17,976 bases of DNA from positions 1 through 17,976 of the forward strand of contig JAYUVP010000178.1 in assembly GCA_043753995.1 (NCBI GenBank). Reading direction: 5' to 3'. A program made the translations under genes and the position numbers. Source of the DNA: Fibrobacterota bacterium. GTDB lineage: Bacteria > Fibrobacterota > Fibrobacteria > UBA11236. Under the pieces are notes generated by a model. That model saw only the letters and a list, made by a program, of their open reading frames with translations. It was not told the origin of the DNA and did not search any database. Each line of letters opens with the position of its first letter. Position 1 is the stretch's first letter. This document shows positions 1 to 7,932 of this stretch, in pieces.

Positions 1-805
1 CCGCAATTTCGGGAACGGTGGAAAGACAGGAAACCGAATCTTGAAACACCTTGGGGTAGGCTGTCCAGGTGATCGGGTATTCATCGAGGCCAAGGAATAA
101 GGAAAGACTGTCGCGGAATAGTCGGAGAGAGTCGGGGGAAACTGGTTGCGACTTCACTGGGATGGAATCGTTTTTCTTGCCGGAGCTGTCAGCATAGACC
201 ATCACAACCTGAGTGTCGGCGAAAATCGAATTCGGTAGACGGGCAATCACCTGGGTGTTACCCACCGCCCGCAACTTAAGTGTCTTTGCCTGAGCTAGGG
301 TTGCAAGCCCGGTCTGGGCAATCTCCACAGTTGGTGTGACCGATGCAGGTAGGGCTAGCCATTTCAATTCGAATGTGCTGTCTTTCAGGGCAACTTTTAC
401 GGTATCTTGATAAAACTGCAAGGTCGAGTCGGCCAACAATTTGCCACCGACCAACCGATAGCGCACCGATAATTTCATTCTCAGGGCCGCATCGGCACCA
501 TAGCCAAACAGATTCAAGTCGAATACGGCCGATTCTTGTGGGTGAGGAAGGGATAGCGACCACGGTCCGGAAAAATGCGCGTCGCTCTTGGATCCATCGA
601 AAAGCGTGAAGGCTTTCCCGTCCTGAATCAAGACGACCTTGGCCTTTTCAATATCGGAGGAGAAAGGCGCTGGATTGTGAATCTTGAGTACAGAATCGCC
701 CTCGGGTGCATCGGTATTGCAAGAAATCAATACCAGGTTCACAAAGGCGCAAAAGGCGAGAAAAGGAAGGAGAGAGCTGGATATTCTTACGGATTTAGGG
801 AGCAT
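1..805 (-). CDS. Lipoprotein, likely with Ig-like beta-sandwich domains (partial, runs off the window start)
   Basis: Not in the ORF track because it has no stop in the window. My translation from ATG at 805 is open to base 1: MLPKSVRISSSLLPFLAFCAFVNLVLISC-NTDAPEG..., with a lipobox LISC, beta-rich sequence and many D-S/T motifs. It overlaps the upstream gene by 11 nt. Confidence 0.8.
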   Translation of the reverse strand, partial: MLPKSVRISSSLLPFLAFCAFVNLVLISCNTDAPEGDSVLKIHNPAPFSSDIEKAKVVLIQDGKAFTLFDGSKSDAHFSGPWSLSLPHPQESAVFDLNLFGYGADAALRMKLSVRYRLVGGKLLADSTLQFYQDTVKVALKDSTFELKWLALPASVTPTVEIAQTGLATLAQAKTLKLRAVGNTQVIARLPNSIFADTQVVMVYADSSGKKNDSIPVKSQPVSPDSLRLFRDSLSLFLGLDEYPITWTAYPKVFQDSVSCLSTVPEIA

Positions 806-1475
806 TGGAAATCGTGTCCCTTGGGGCGGATGCAGCCGTTTGCGTTAACAGGTAAAGGGCGATTGCCCCACCGGCAACTGCGGCCCCGCCAAGCGTCCAA
901 AATAGCCATCTTTTATTGGAGCGATCCGCCGGTTGTGCTCGCGTTGATGCGTTTGCGGTTCGTGGCTTAACCGGCTGAGAAAGGGTGTCGTCAATCGCAT
1001 TGGACTTTCCGCTTTCAATCGCGGTTTTACTTTGGACGTATTTCGATCGCGTTAAGAACTCTTTTCGGACATCGGTGAACAAAGCATATATTCCATCAGA
1101 GACATACATGTCTATGATATCGACATCAGGTGCCAGGGCGAGCAGCTTATACAAATAGTCTTTTGCCAACGGCTTTGAGAGCGAGTCAGCTGCTAAGGCA
1201 ACGCCGACATATTTGTAGACAAAAATCGAATCGGATTTCGAAAGCACTGGCCGTTGTTTTAATAGACCGACTAGCTTCGATTCTATCGCCTTCAATTCAC
1301 CGGCATGATAAAGGTCTTGAATGTGACTGCGATCGATTTTCGCTTTGGAGGCAGGAGTCGCTCCGGCCAAGGAAAGCGGAATGGAAAGGCCAGCGACCAA
1401 AATGGGCCAAGCACAGCAACAGTGTCGAATATTCAGGAACATAGGTATGAAGGCCTTCAGGGATTGGCAAGACAA
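795..1475 (-). CDS. Hypothetical exported protein with helical/TPR-like core and C-terminal membrane anchor
   Basis: 226-aa ORF (start may be ATG 1442) with a hydrophobic signal-like segment, a helical core and a C-terminal TM segment WLFWTLGGAAVAGGAIALYLL. Coupled to the downstream lipoprotein. Confidence 0.75.
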   Translation of the reverse strand: MSCQSLKAFIPMFLNIRHCCCAWPILVAGLSIPLSLAGATPASKAKIDRSHIQDLYHAGELKAIESKLVGLLKQRPVLSKSDSIFVYKYVGVALAADSLSKPLAKDYLYKLLALAPDVDIIDMYVSDGIYALFTDVRKEFLTRSKYVQSKTAIESGKSNAIDDTLSQPVKPRTANASTRAQPADRSNKRWLFWTLGGAAVAGGAIALYLLTQTAASAPRDTISNAP

Positions 1476-1658
1476 AAACTAGCTGAAGCAACGACCAATT
1501 CAAGGCACTAATTCTTTCTCATTTTGGAAAATTGATGGATTTTTCAACTAAAACACACCACCACCTGAGGGTTCTGCAAGAATCGGTATCACGATTCTTA
1601 ATCGTGGTACGGGTTCGGTATATCTTTTCCCACATGAGTTATCTAGGCGAGTCCACCC

Positions 1659-2189
1659 ATGCGCTATGATCGCTTTGTCGCCGCTCTCGTGCCTTTCGCC
1701 TTGGCCGTCTATACCCTACTCGGATTTTCACGCATTCGCACCACCGATTGGATTCCGTTTTCGGCTTGGGCCTTATTTGTTTTTGTGCCCAATGAAGTTC
1801 AAAGTTATTCCGTGCATTTGCTTGAAGTCGAAGGCCAGGTCTTGCCGACGCCGGTGGAATACAGCCATGCGGATGGCTTGGTTCCCGATGCCCATGCCAT
1901 TCAGATCTATTACGTGATCAATCATTTCGCCATGGCCCGCGCGATGGGCGATAGCGCGGAAGCCTTTCGCTTTCAGCGCTTATTCGAAACCAATGGCCTC
2001 CAGTTGCAAAAGGGCATGACCCGCTATGCCCTGGTGCAAAATCAATACGATCCCCTGGAGCGTTGGAAAACCGGGGCCGTCAAGCAAATCGAATTGGCCC
2101 GCTTCGCCGTGAGTCCTTCAATGGAGTTGGACCGAATCGCTCCGGCGCCCCCTTCGCCACCGCCGACCTTATCGCCGGGGCAGCCATGA
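1659..2189 (+). CDS. Hypothetical membrane-anchored protein, partner of the HTTM protein (possibly SdpA-like)
   Basis: 176-aa ORF with an N-terminal TM followed by WIPFSAWALFVFVP and a Pro-rich tail. Its TGA overlaps the next ATG (ATGA at 2186-2189). Confidence 0.75.
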   Translation: MRYDRFVAALVPFALAVYTLLGFSRIRTTDWIPFSAWALFVFVPNEVQSYSVHLLEVEGQVLPTPVEYSHADGLVPDAHAIQIYYVINHFAMARAMGDSAEAFRFQRLFETNGLQLQKGMTRYALVQNQYDPLERWKTGAVKQIELARFAVSPSMELDRIAPAPPSPPPTLSPGQP

Positions 2190-3604
2190 ATTCATTTTGG
2201 GAATGGACGGAGCAGCCAGGTCGCAAAGTTTTCACCGACGTTCAAGCGAGTTGGTCGCGATGCCAGCCTTGGATACGCGCCTTTTATGCTGCCTTACTTT
2301 ATTTCGGCTGCGCCAACTTTTTTACCTCGGTCGAGCGCTATGCCTCCCTGGCTCTCGATCCCCTGTGGCCCTTATTCTGGATTCGTTGGGTGCCTACGCA
2401 AACGGGCATCCATGCTGTGCTTTTGCTTTTTGTTTTCGGGCCTTTGCTCGCCGCGTGGAATCCCGCCTCGACTTGGTTTCGCGTCCTGGCTTTTCTCGGC
2501 TGCCTGCAGGGCATGGCCCTGGACAACTCTTTCGGCAAAATCGACAATCACCTGCATTTATGGACTATGGTCGCCTTCTGCTTTTTGTTCCTGCCCGGCG
2601 AAAAACGCCTAGCGAGAGGCGAAGGGCATAGGTCCGGCTTGCGTTTGTTTTGGGGCGCGCAAGCCCTGATTCTGCTCACCTATACCATGTCGGGCATTTC
2701 CAAACTGCTCGGGCTCCTATTGCAAATCTATCGCAATCAAGATCACACCATGCTTTCCCCCGACAGCTTGTCGCGCTTCATCGCCGAGCGATTATTGATG
2801 ACAGGCGAGCGATCGATTTTTGGTCCTTGGCTCATCGACCACCCTTGGGTGGGTTGGCCCCTTTATTTAGGCGCGGTGTATTTGGAGGTTTTCGCCTTGA
2901 TCATCGCCTTCCGGCCTGCCTTGCAAAAGGCCTGGGCCTTGGGACTGGTGCTCATGCATGTGGGCATTATCTTGACCATGAATGTCACCTTCGGTACTTC
3001 GATTTTGCTTTTGACCTTGCTCTTCGCGGCCTCACCGCTGCATCCTGCGCCTTTTTTCACTCGCCAAGCCCTGCGCGATTTGCCCTGGTTCGGACCCCTG
3101 CTCGCTACCCTGTGGGATATGCGTCCGCGCTTCGGGGCACAAGCCAAGGCCTTGCCCATGAGCGCTGACGGGAAAAACCCCGCTAGCATCCCCGACGGTA
3201 TGACCGTGGTTTTCTATGACGGCGAATGCGGAGTTTGCAATCGGTGGGTGCGCTTTCTTCTCACTCGCCCCTTGCCCGAGGCCGTGCGCTTCGCGCCTAT
3301 ACAAAGCACTTATTATCAGCAATTGATTGCGCGCTTCCCAGCTCTCGCCAAGGTCGATAGCATGGCCCACTATCGCCGCGAGGGTGACAGCGAAACCTTA
3401 TTGTTTCGCTCCGAAGGTGTATTCTGGTTTTTGCCGCAAGTTCCGGGATGGACGCGATGGTCGGTACTGGCCCTGCTCGTGCCGCTGCCCCTGCTGGATT
3501 TGGGCTATCGCGTCCTCGCGCGTATTCGCCATCGCATCGGACGAAATTGGGCTTGCCCTTTGCCGACGCCGGAACAGCGACGGCGGTTTTTGCCGGACCT
3601 TTAA
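2186..3604 (+). CDS. HTTM-like multi-pass membrane domain fused to a DCC1/DUF393 thiol-disulfide oxidoreductase
   Basis: The in-frame ATG at 2186 (ATGA overlap) is preferred over TTG 2063. Multiple TM helices carry GKIDNHLHL, YTMSGISKL and MHVGIILTMNVTF motifs. The C-terminal domain has VVFYDGECGVC (DxxCxxC) and ends ACPLPTPEQRRRFL, typical of the DCC family. Confidence 0.85.
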   Translation: MNSFWEWTEQPGRKVFTDVQASWSRCQPWIRAFYAALLYFGCANFFTSVERYASLALDPLWPLFWIRWVPTQTGIHAVLLLFVFGPLLAAWNPASTWFRVLAFLGCLQGMALDNSFGKIDNHLHLWTMVAFCFLFLPGEKRLARGEGHRSGLRLFWGAQALILLTYTMSGISKLLGLLLQIYRNQDHTMLSPDSLSRFIAERLLMTGERSIFGPWLIDHPWVGWPLYLGAVYLEVFALIIAFRPALQKAWALGLVLMHVGIILTMNVTFGTSILLLTLLFAASPLHPAPFFTRQALRDLPWFGPLLATLWDMRPRFGAQAKALPMSADGKNPASIPDGMTVVFYDGECGVCNRWVRFLLTRPLPEAVRFAPIQSTYYQQLIARFPALAKVDSMAHYRREGDSETLLFRSEGVFWFLPQVPGWTRWSVLALLVPLPLLDLGYRVLARIRHRIGRNWACPLPTPEQRRRFLPDL

Positions 3605-4021
3605 TTAGATCGCATTCGCTACAAGACCCGCTGCGTATAGGACCGCGGCTAGGGCAATGCCTCGAAACGGAATTTCAAACCAGTAACGTTTAGCAAGCCA
3701 AGTCATGGCAGCGATATACACAAATCCCAGGCCCATGAGAAAAAACGATGTAAAAAAGAACGGTGCCGCCATGACGGCCAAATAGAAATACATAAGACCA
3801 AACAGAATAGCACCAAAACTGTGACTTGCATTAAATCCAATCCCAGCCCGCCATATCGTGGTTTGGCGAGAAATGCGCGGCGACACTTGTTTCATCCTTT
3901 CCATAAGCGAAGCATCGCTAGGGAATAACCGGTCCCCACGAAACGTGAAAAGCAGGTGAAGCGTGCCGAGAACGAGAGTGATAGAAGCACTAGCGGCTAT
4001 TAGGATTGCGGCTGCAGCCAT
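3605..4021 (-). CDS. Small multi-TM membrane protein (resembles LIC_13387-type family)
   Basis: 138 aa with about 4 hydrophobic helices and motifs LGTLHL and WRAGIGFNASHSFG. SD AGGAG upstream. Its stop directly abuts the convergent gene's stop. Confidence 0.8.
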   Translation of the reverse strand: MAAAAILIAASASITLVLGTLHLLFTFRGDRLFPSDASLMERMKQVSPRISRQTTIWRAGIGFNASHSFGAILFGLMYFYLAVMAAPFFFTSFFLMGLGFVYIAAMTWLAKRYWFEIPFRGIALAAVLYAAGLVANAI

Positions 4022-4074
4022 CGCCCATTCTCCTTATGCGGTATAGGTCATTGTGAGGTTGTTTCGCCATCGTC

Positions 4075-4647
4075 TCAGGTTCCCATGTATTCCTGGTGGT
4101 CTCTTTTCATCTTTTTCTCCACCCACTCGGCAATATCATGAAACAATTCGGTCTTTGGAAATTGGCTGTCGCTTTCCGTTTTCCCGGACCAGGTCAATTG
4201 CACGACGGCAAACAATTTTTCTTGTCCGCTGATTTGAAACAGGACGTCATCCTTATCAATGCGCCTTGCAACCGAACTGCAAGGATGACCGAAAAGAACA
4301 TGATCTTTTCCAATCTCCTTCTCCAGCTCCTTTTCTAAACCGGCTACAGCGGGCACCCAAGGCTCAAGCCAATCCACCCAATTCTTTTGGCCCAATTGGA
4401 CAAGTTCAAAATTCGCTAAGGCTAGGATGTTTCCTTCACCCATAGCCATCACATGAAAGAACAGACGACCTATGCCCGTATCGTAATAGCATTTGGTAAT
4501 CCCAGAGCTATTGAGCATCTGCACCATATCCACATGGCCAGGCCCACGAAAAGGCTTATACTCATAGCTTCCCGTTTCAACGGGTGGCGCATCACCCACA
4601 AAAAGGCCAATAGCCATTCCTTCGAAATAAAACTCGACGTCCTTCAC
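4075..4647 (-). CDS. Hypothetical protein, apparently two domains
   Basis: The in-frame GTG at 4647 overlaps the upstream TGA (GTGA) and is preferred to TTG 4677. C-terminal half reads EKEIGKDHVLFG...ARRIDKDDVLF...AVVQLTW. Confidence 0.7.
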   Translation of the reverse strand: MKDVEFYFEGMAIGLFVGDAPPVETGSYEYKPFRGPGHVDMVQMLNSSGITKCYYDTGIGRLFFHVMAMGEGNILALANFELVQLGQKNWVDWLEPWVPAVAGLEKELEKEIGKDHVLFGHPCSSVARRIDKDDVLFQISGQEKLFAVVQLTWSGKTESDSQFPKTELFHDIAEWVEKKMKRDHQEYMGT

Positions 4648-5153
4648 GGGATATTTGACTTCTTGCAATACAACCAATACCCTTCAAATTCAAAAGGGCC
4701 ATAGTTTTTGAATTTTCTTAATCGATATTCGCCTTTCTCATCCTTTTTAATTGGAAAGGAATCCATATCAATGCTATCGGTTGGCGTAGTATACACCGTT
4801 TCACCGACAACCGAAAATCCAGTCATTTTGCCTTTCATCAACAGCGTGGGTTCAATTAAAAAATTTTCGCTGATATAGATTGCGTCACCTTCCAGCTTAT
4901 AATCCTTGAATCCGATTGAACTTGAATTTTTTGTTATACGTGCTTCATTTGGATCGCCAATGTAAACAGCCGTAAAGTGCCGGCCGCTTTTCTCGATCAT
5001 TAAGGTATCCGTTTCGGAAGTGCAGGAATACCGTCCATTCGGAAATTCGTGCTTCTGTTCCTTGAACTCATCCATCGGATTGGAGCAGGACATCAACGTC
5101 AACAAAGCGGCTCCAAAAACCAGAATCGTCTTTGCAATGAAGGCGCTTCGCAT
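4644..5153 (-). CDS. Hypothetical lipoprotein
   Basis: ATG at 5153 preceded by GAGGGG. Signal MRSAFIAKTILVFGAALLTLMSC with lipobox LMSC. Confidence 0.75.
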   Translation of the reverse strand: MRSAFIAKTILVFGAALLTLMSCSNPMDEFKEQKHEFPNGRYSCTSETDTLMIEKSGRHFTAVYIGDPNEARITKNSSSIGFKDYKLEGDAIYISENFLIEPTLLMKGKMTGFSVVGETVYTTPTDSIDMDSFPIKKDEKGEYRLRKFKNYGPFEFEGYWLYCKKSNIP

Positions 5154-5166
5154 CGGTTTCCCCTCT

Positions 5167-5228
5167 CTTTTCACTCTCCACTATTCACTTTTTCTCTTCA
5201 CTTTTAACTTTTTACTTAAAACTTTTAA
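5167..5228. repeat. Degenerate heptamer tandem repeat (CTTTTAA-like, 9 units)
   Basis: cttttca ctctcca ctattca cttttt ctcttca cttttaa cttttta cttaaaa cttttaa. Confidence 0.7.
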
Positions 5229-7051
5229 CTCGTCAGCGCATCCCAGCGCGCATAGGCCTCGAGCAAATCGGCATCCACGGCGATTTGCCGCGCTTGCGTT
5301 TCCGCAATGGCCGTCGCGCCTTGAGTGTAAAACTCGGGCGTGGCGATGCGCTCGATAAGAGCGGCCTGCTCTTTTTCCAGCGCATCGATGCGAGCCGGCA
5401 AGGCCTCTAGCTCTTTCTGTTCCTTGAAGTTGAGCTTGCGCGCCTTCGCGGGGGCGGGCTTATCGGTGGTGTCATTTTTAGACGTTGCCGAACTCGATTT
5501 TGCTACCGCGCTTTTTGCAGCTTGCGCTTCCGCTTCGGCGCGGCGTAACTTGCGCGCTTCGTCCTGGCGCTTCCAATCGCTCCAGCCGCCGACGAAATCA
5601 TCGACAATGCCGCCTTCGCCGATGGCCAAAACCGAAGTCGCCACATTGTCGAGAAATTCGCGATCATGGCTCACCACCAGGACCGTGCCGGGATAATCCA
5701 CCAAAAGCTCTTCGAGCAAGGTCAAGGTTTCGACATCGAGATCATTGGTGGGTTCGTCGAGTACCAGGACATTGCCCGGACGCGTGAAAAGCTTGGCCAA
5801 TAAAAGCCGGTTGCGTTCGCCGCCCGACAGCACGCCAGCCTTCACCAGAGATCTTTGCGGATCGAAAAGGAAATCCTGCAAATAGCCCATGACATGGCGA
5901 TTCTTGCCGCCCACTTGCACGAATTCCTGGCCACCGGCAATATTGAAACGCACCGTCTGCTCCGGATCGATTTGCCCGCGCAGCTGATCGAAATACAGGA
6001 TTTGCAAATTCGATCCCAATTGCACCGTGCCTTGCACGGGCTTGAGTTCGCCGAGCAAAAGGCGCAGTAAGGTCGTCTTGCCCGAACCATTAGGCCCTAG
6101 CAAGGCCACCTTTTCGCCGCGCATGATCTGGGTGGAACAGGCGCTGATAATGGGCTTGTCGCCATAGTCGAAAGCCAAATCCTTGGCCTCAAGCACCTTT
6201 TGCCCGGAGCGCGCGCCCTCATTCACCAGCAAGGTTGCCGCGCCTTGACGCTCACGGCGTGCTGCCCGCTCAGCGCGCATGGCCTGCAAAGCCCGCACAC
6301 GCCCTTCATTGCGGGCCCGCCTCGCCTTGGGACTGCGGCGTGCCCAAGCCTCTTCGGTTTCCATTTTCTTGTCGAAAACATTCCACTCTTTTTCCTGGGC
6401 CTCGAGCAAGGCTTCCTTGCGAGTCAGGAAAACGTCGTAGCCGCAATCCCAATCGTAAAGCTTGCCGCGATCGAGTTCGAGAATGCGCGTCGCCATGCGC
6501 CGCAAAAAGGCGCGATCATGGGTGATGAAAAGCAAGGTAACGCGTGAGGTACGCAGCAAGTCTTCCATCCAGTCGATGGAAGCGATGTCGAGATGATTGG
6601 TAGGCTCGTCGAGCAGCAAGACTTCAGGATCCGCAGCCAAGGCCTTGGCCAAGAGCACGCGGCGCTTTTGCCCGCCCGACAAGGACGAGAAATCAGCCTC
6701 ACCCGGCAAGCCCGCCATGCCTATCCAATGCTCGGCCTCCAGCTCGACCTTCCAATCGCCTTCATGCGCATGATGCTCCGCGCCTTGGGCCACGATCTCG
6801 GCCACCGTGCCCTTCAAGTCCGTGGGAATATCCTGCGGCAAATAAGCCACGCGCAAACCGGGCGAGCGAATCACTTCGCCGCCATCGGGCTTGCGTTCGC
6901 CCAGCAACATGCGCAGCATGGTGCTTTTGCCCGCGCCATTGCGCCCCGTCAGGCAAACACGTTCGCCCGCCTCAAGCATAAAGGTGACGCCATCCAGCAA
7001 AGCCGGTCCGCCGAAATGAAAGCGCACATCGCGCATGCCAAGCTGGGGCAT
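5225..7051 (-). CDS. uup: ABC-F family ATP-binding protein, Uup-like
   Basis: Two ABC cassettes (GRNGAGKS/LSGGQ/LLLDEPTNHLD and GPNGSGKT/LSGGE/VLDEPTNDLD), no TM segments, linker PKARRARNEGRVRAL and a C-terminal coiled-coil KLNFKEQKELEALP... Confidence 0.9.
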   Translation of the reverse strand: MPQLGMRDVRFHFGGPALLDGVTFMLEAGERVCLTGRNGAGKSTMLRMLLGERKPDGGEVIRSPGLRVAYLPQDIPTDLKGTVAEIVAQGAEHHAHEGDWKVELEAEHWIGMAGLPGEADFSSLSGGQKRRVLLAKALAADPEVLLLDEPTNHLDIASIDWMEDLLRTSRVTLLFITHDRAFLRRMATRILELDRGKLYDWDCGYDVFLTRKEALLEAQEKEWNVFDKKMETEEAWARRSPKARRARNEGRVRALQAMRAERAARRERQGAATLLVNEGARSGQKVLEAKDLAFDYGDKPIISACSTQIMRGEKVALLGPNGSGKTTLLRLLLGELKPVQGTVQLGSNLQILYFDQLRGQIDPEQTVRFNIAGGQEFVQVGGKNRHVMGYLQDFLFDPQRSLVKAGVLSGGERNRLLLAKLFTRPGNVLVLDEPTNDLDVETLTLLEELLVDYPGTVLVVSHDREFLDNVATSVLAIGEGGIVDDFVGGWSDWKRQDEARKLRRAEAEAQAAKSAVAKSSSATSKNDTTDKPAPAKARKLNFKEQKELEALPARIDALEKEQAALIERIATPEFYTQGATAIAETQARQIAVDADLLEAYARWDALTS

Positions 7052-7074
7052 AGAATCCTCGCAAAACCGGAAAT

Positions 7075-7104
7075 AAAAAAAGGATTCCCGGTAAGGAACC
7101 CTTT
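7075..7104 (-). terminator. Intrinsic terminator-like hairpin just upstream of the uup start
   Basis: Minus strand AAAGGGTTCC-TTACCG-GGAATCC-TTTTTTT: stem with one G-U pair followed by 7 U. Confidence 0.65.
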
Positions 7105-7200
7105 GTAGGGACGGTAAAGTTAGCTCGAAGCAGGCTTCGACTCGGGACTTTTGCCCCGAAACGCGTGTTTCAGGCCCTCAAAAGCGGGATTAACCCAAGC

Positions 7201-7341
7201 TCAGAGAGTCCAAATCACGGCGGCCGTGGTCAAGCAAGCCGCGGCTGCGGTCCAAATCCAAGGCGTTACCACTTGCCAAAAAGCCTGGTCGGCCGAAAAA
7301 CTGGCCTTGTCTGCGTAATAGTCTGCTTTTTTCGTTTTCAT
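7201..7341 (-). CDS. Small single-TM protein, 46 aa: MKTKKADYYADKASFSADQAFWQVVTPWIWTAAAACLTTAAVIWTL
   Basis: My translation (below the ORF-track cutoff). Basic N-terminus, ADxxFW and a hydrophobic C-terminal helix. CRP-type box and -10 TATGTT upstream. An alternative in-frame ATG lies at 7353. Confidence 0.6.
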   Translation of the reverse strand: MKTKKADYYADKASFSADQAFWQVVTPWIWTAAAACLTTAAVIWTL

Positions 7342-7376
7342 GGAAGCCAACATAGTTTAATCATCAAGACCGAGTC

Positions 7377-7392
7377 TGTGATCACGGTCACA
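7377..7392. promoter_or_regulatory. CRP/FNR-family binding site TGTGA-N6-TCACA
   Basis: TGTGA-TCACGG-TCACA, a perfect CRP consensus core, 22 nt from the -10 hexamer at 7349-7354. Confidence 0.75.
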
Positions 7393-7581
7393 TTCAAGGT
7401 ACGGGGGTGTTTCAGCCCCCCGCGACTTCGACCCGCCTTACTCCGAAGTAGAATCGGTCTCGTCTCCCCCCGGTCACCATGGGCTGGAAAGGACATTTGT
7501 GTAAGAATAGTCGACAGGCCATCCGGTTGCGATCTGGGGATGGGGATTAACCCGCTAGTAGAGAATTTCGGTCCCAGTTGG

Positions 7582-7660
7582 GCGTTGCGGGGCGCAGCAT
7601 CCCGCAGAGGGGGTAGCGGAAAACGCGCAGCGTTTGCAGCGAGGGGGAGACGTCCCCCTA
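7582..7660 (+). repeat. REP-like multi-hairpin intergenic element
   Basis: Three hairpins: tgcggg..cccgca, aaacgc-gca-gcgttt and aggggga-gacg-tccccct. Architecture resembles the 12149/16403 repeats. Single copy in this window. Confidence 0.5.
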
Positions 7661-7714
7661 ATGACAACAGAATAGTTCGGCGCAAGTCGTCACCGAAGGT
7701 ATAATCACTCCGAA

Positions 7715-7882
7715 TTAGCCCGACACGAGTCGGGTAAGAGCATAGGCGAAAATACCCATGGCCAGAAGAAAAACGACTACGGCGATGGCGCGACGCGAAC
7801 CAGACCAAAATAGAGTGTCGGCTTGATGGCTAGGAATATTTCGCAGCAATGGAGGAGTTTGGGTAGGGGCTGCCTTTTTCAT
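7715..7882 (-). CDS. Small single-TM protein, 55 aa: MKKAAPTQTPPLLRNIPSHQADTLFWSGSRRAIAVVVFLLAMGIFAYALTRLVSG
   Basis: My translation (below the ORF-track cutoff). ADxxFW followed by the TM helix AIAVVVFLLAMGIFAYAL. CRP-type box and -10 TATTCT upstream. Confidence 0.65.
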   Translation of the reverse strand: MKKAAPTQTPPLLRNIPSHQADTLFWSGSRRAIAVVVFLLAMGIFAYALTRLVSG

Positions 7883-7916
7883 GTCGACCAGAATAGCTAT
7901 TGCCGATGGAAAAATC

Positions 7917-7932
7917 TGTGACCGCCGTCACA
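7917..7932. promoter_or_regulatory. CRP/FNR-family binding site TGTGA-N6-TCACA
   Basis: TGTGA-CCGCCG-TCACA, a perfect core, 21 nt from the -10 hexamer at 7890-7895. Confidence 0.75.

Noticed and set aside
7403..7435. tmRNA-like 5' end (gggggtg...ttcgac)
   Set aside because: Spacing is wrong, the G-run pairs locally, and there is no T-arm/CCA 3' end.
7472..7782. Large ribozyme-like RNA (group I P7-like tagtcg/cgacta pairing, RNase P-like words, ccatggg/cccatgg helix)
   Set aside because: The elements are in the wrong order, the G-binding bulge and the RNase P GAGGAAAGUCC motif are missing, and the 3' partners fall inside the 55-aa membrane ORF, which explains the sequence better.
7165..7808. 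ORF-track ORFs 7165-7704 (+) and 7338-7808 (-)
   Set aside because: They are Arg/Pro/Ser-rich without recognisable motifs and run through hairpins, regulatory boxes and the better-supported small ORFs.
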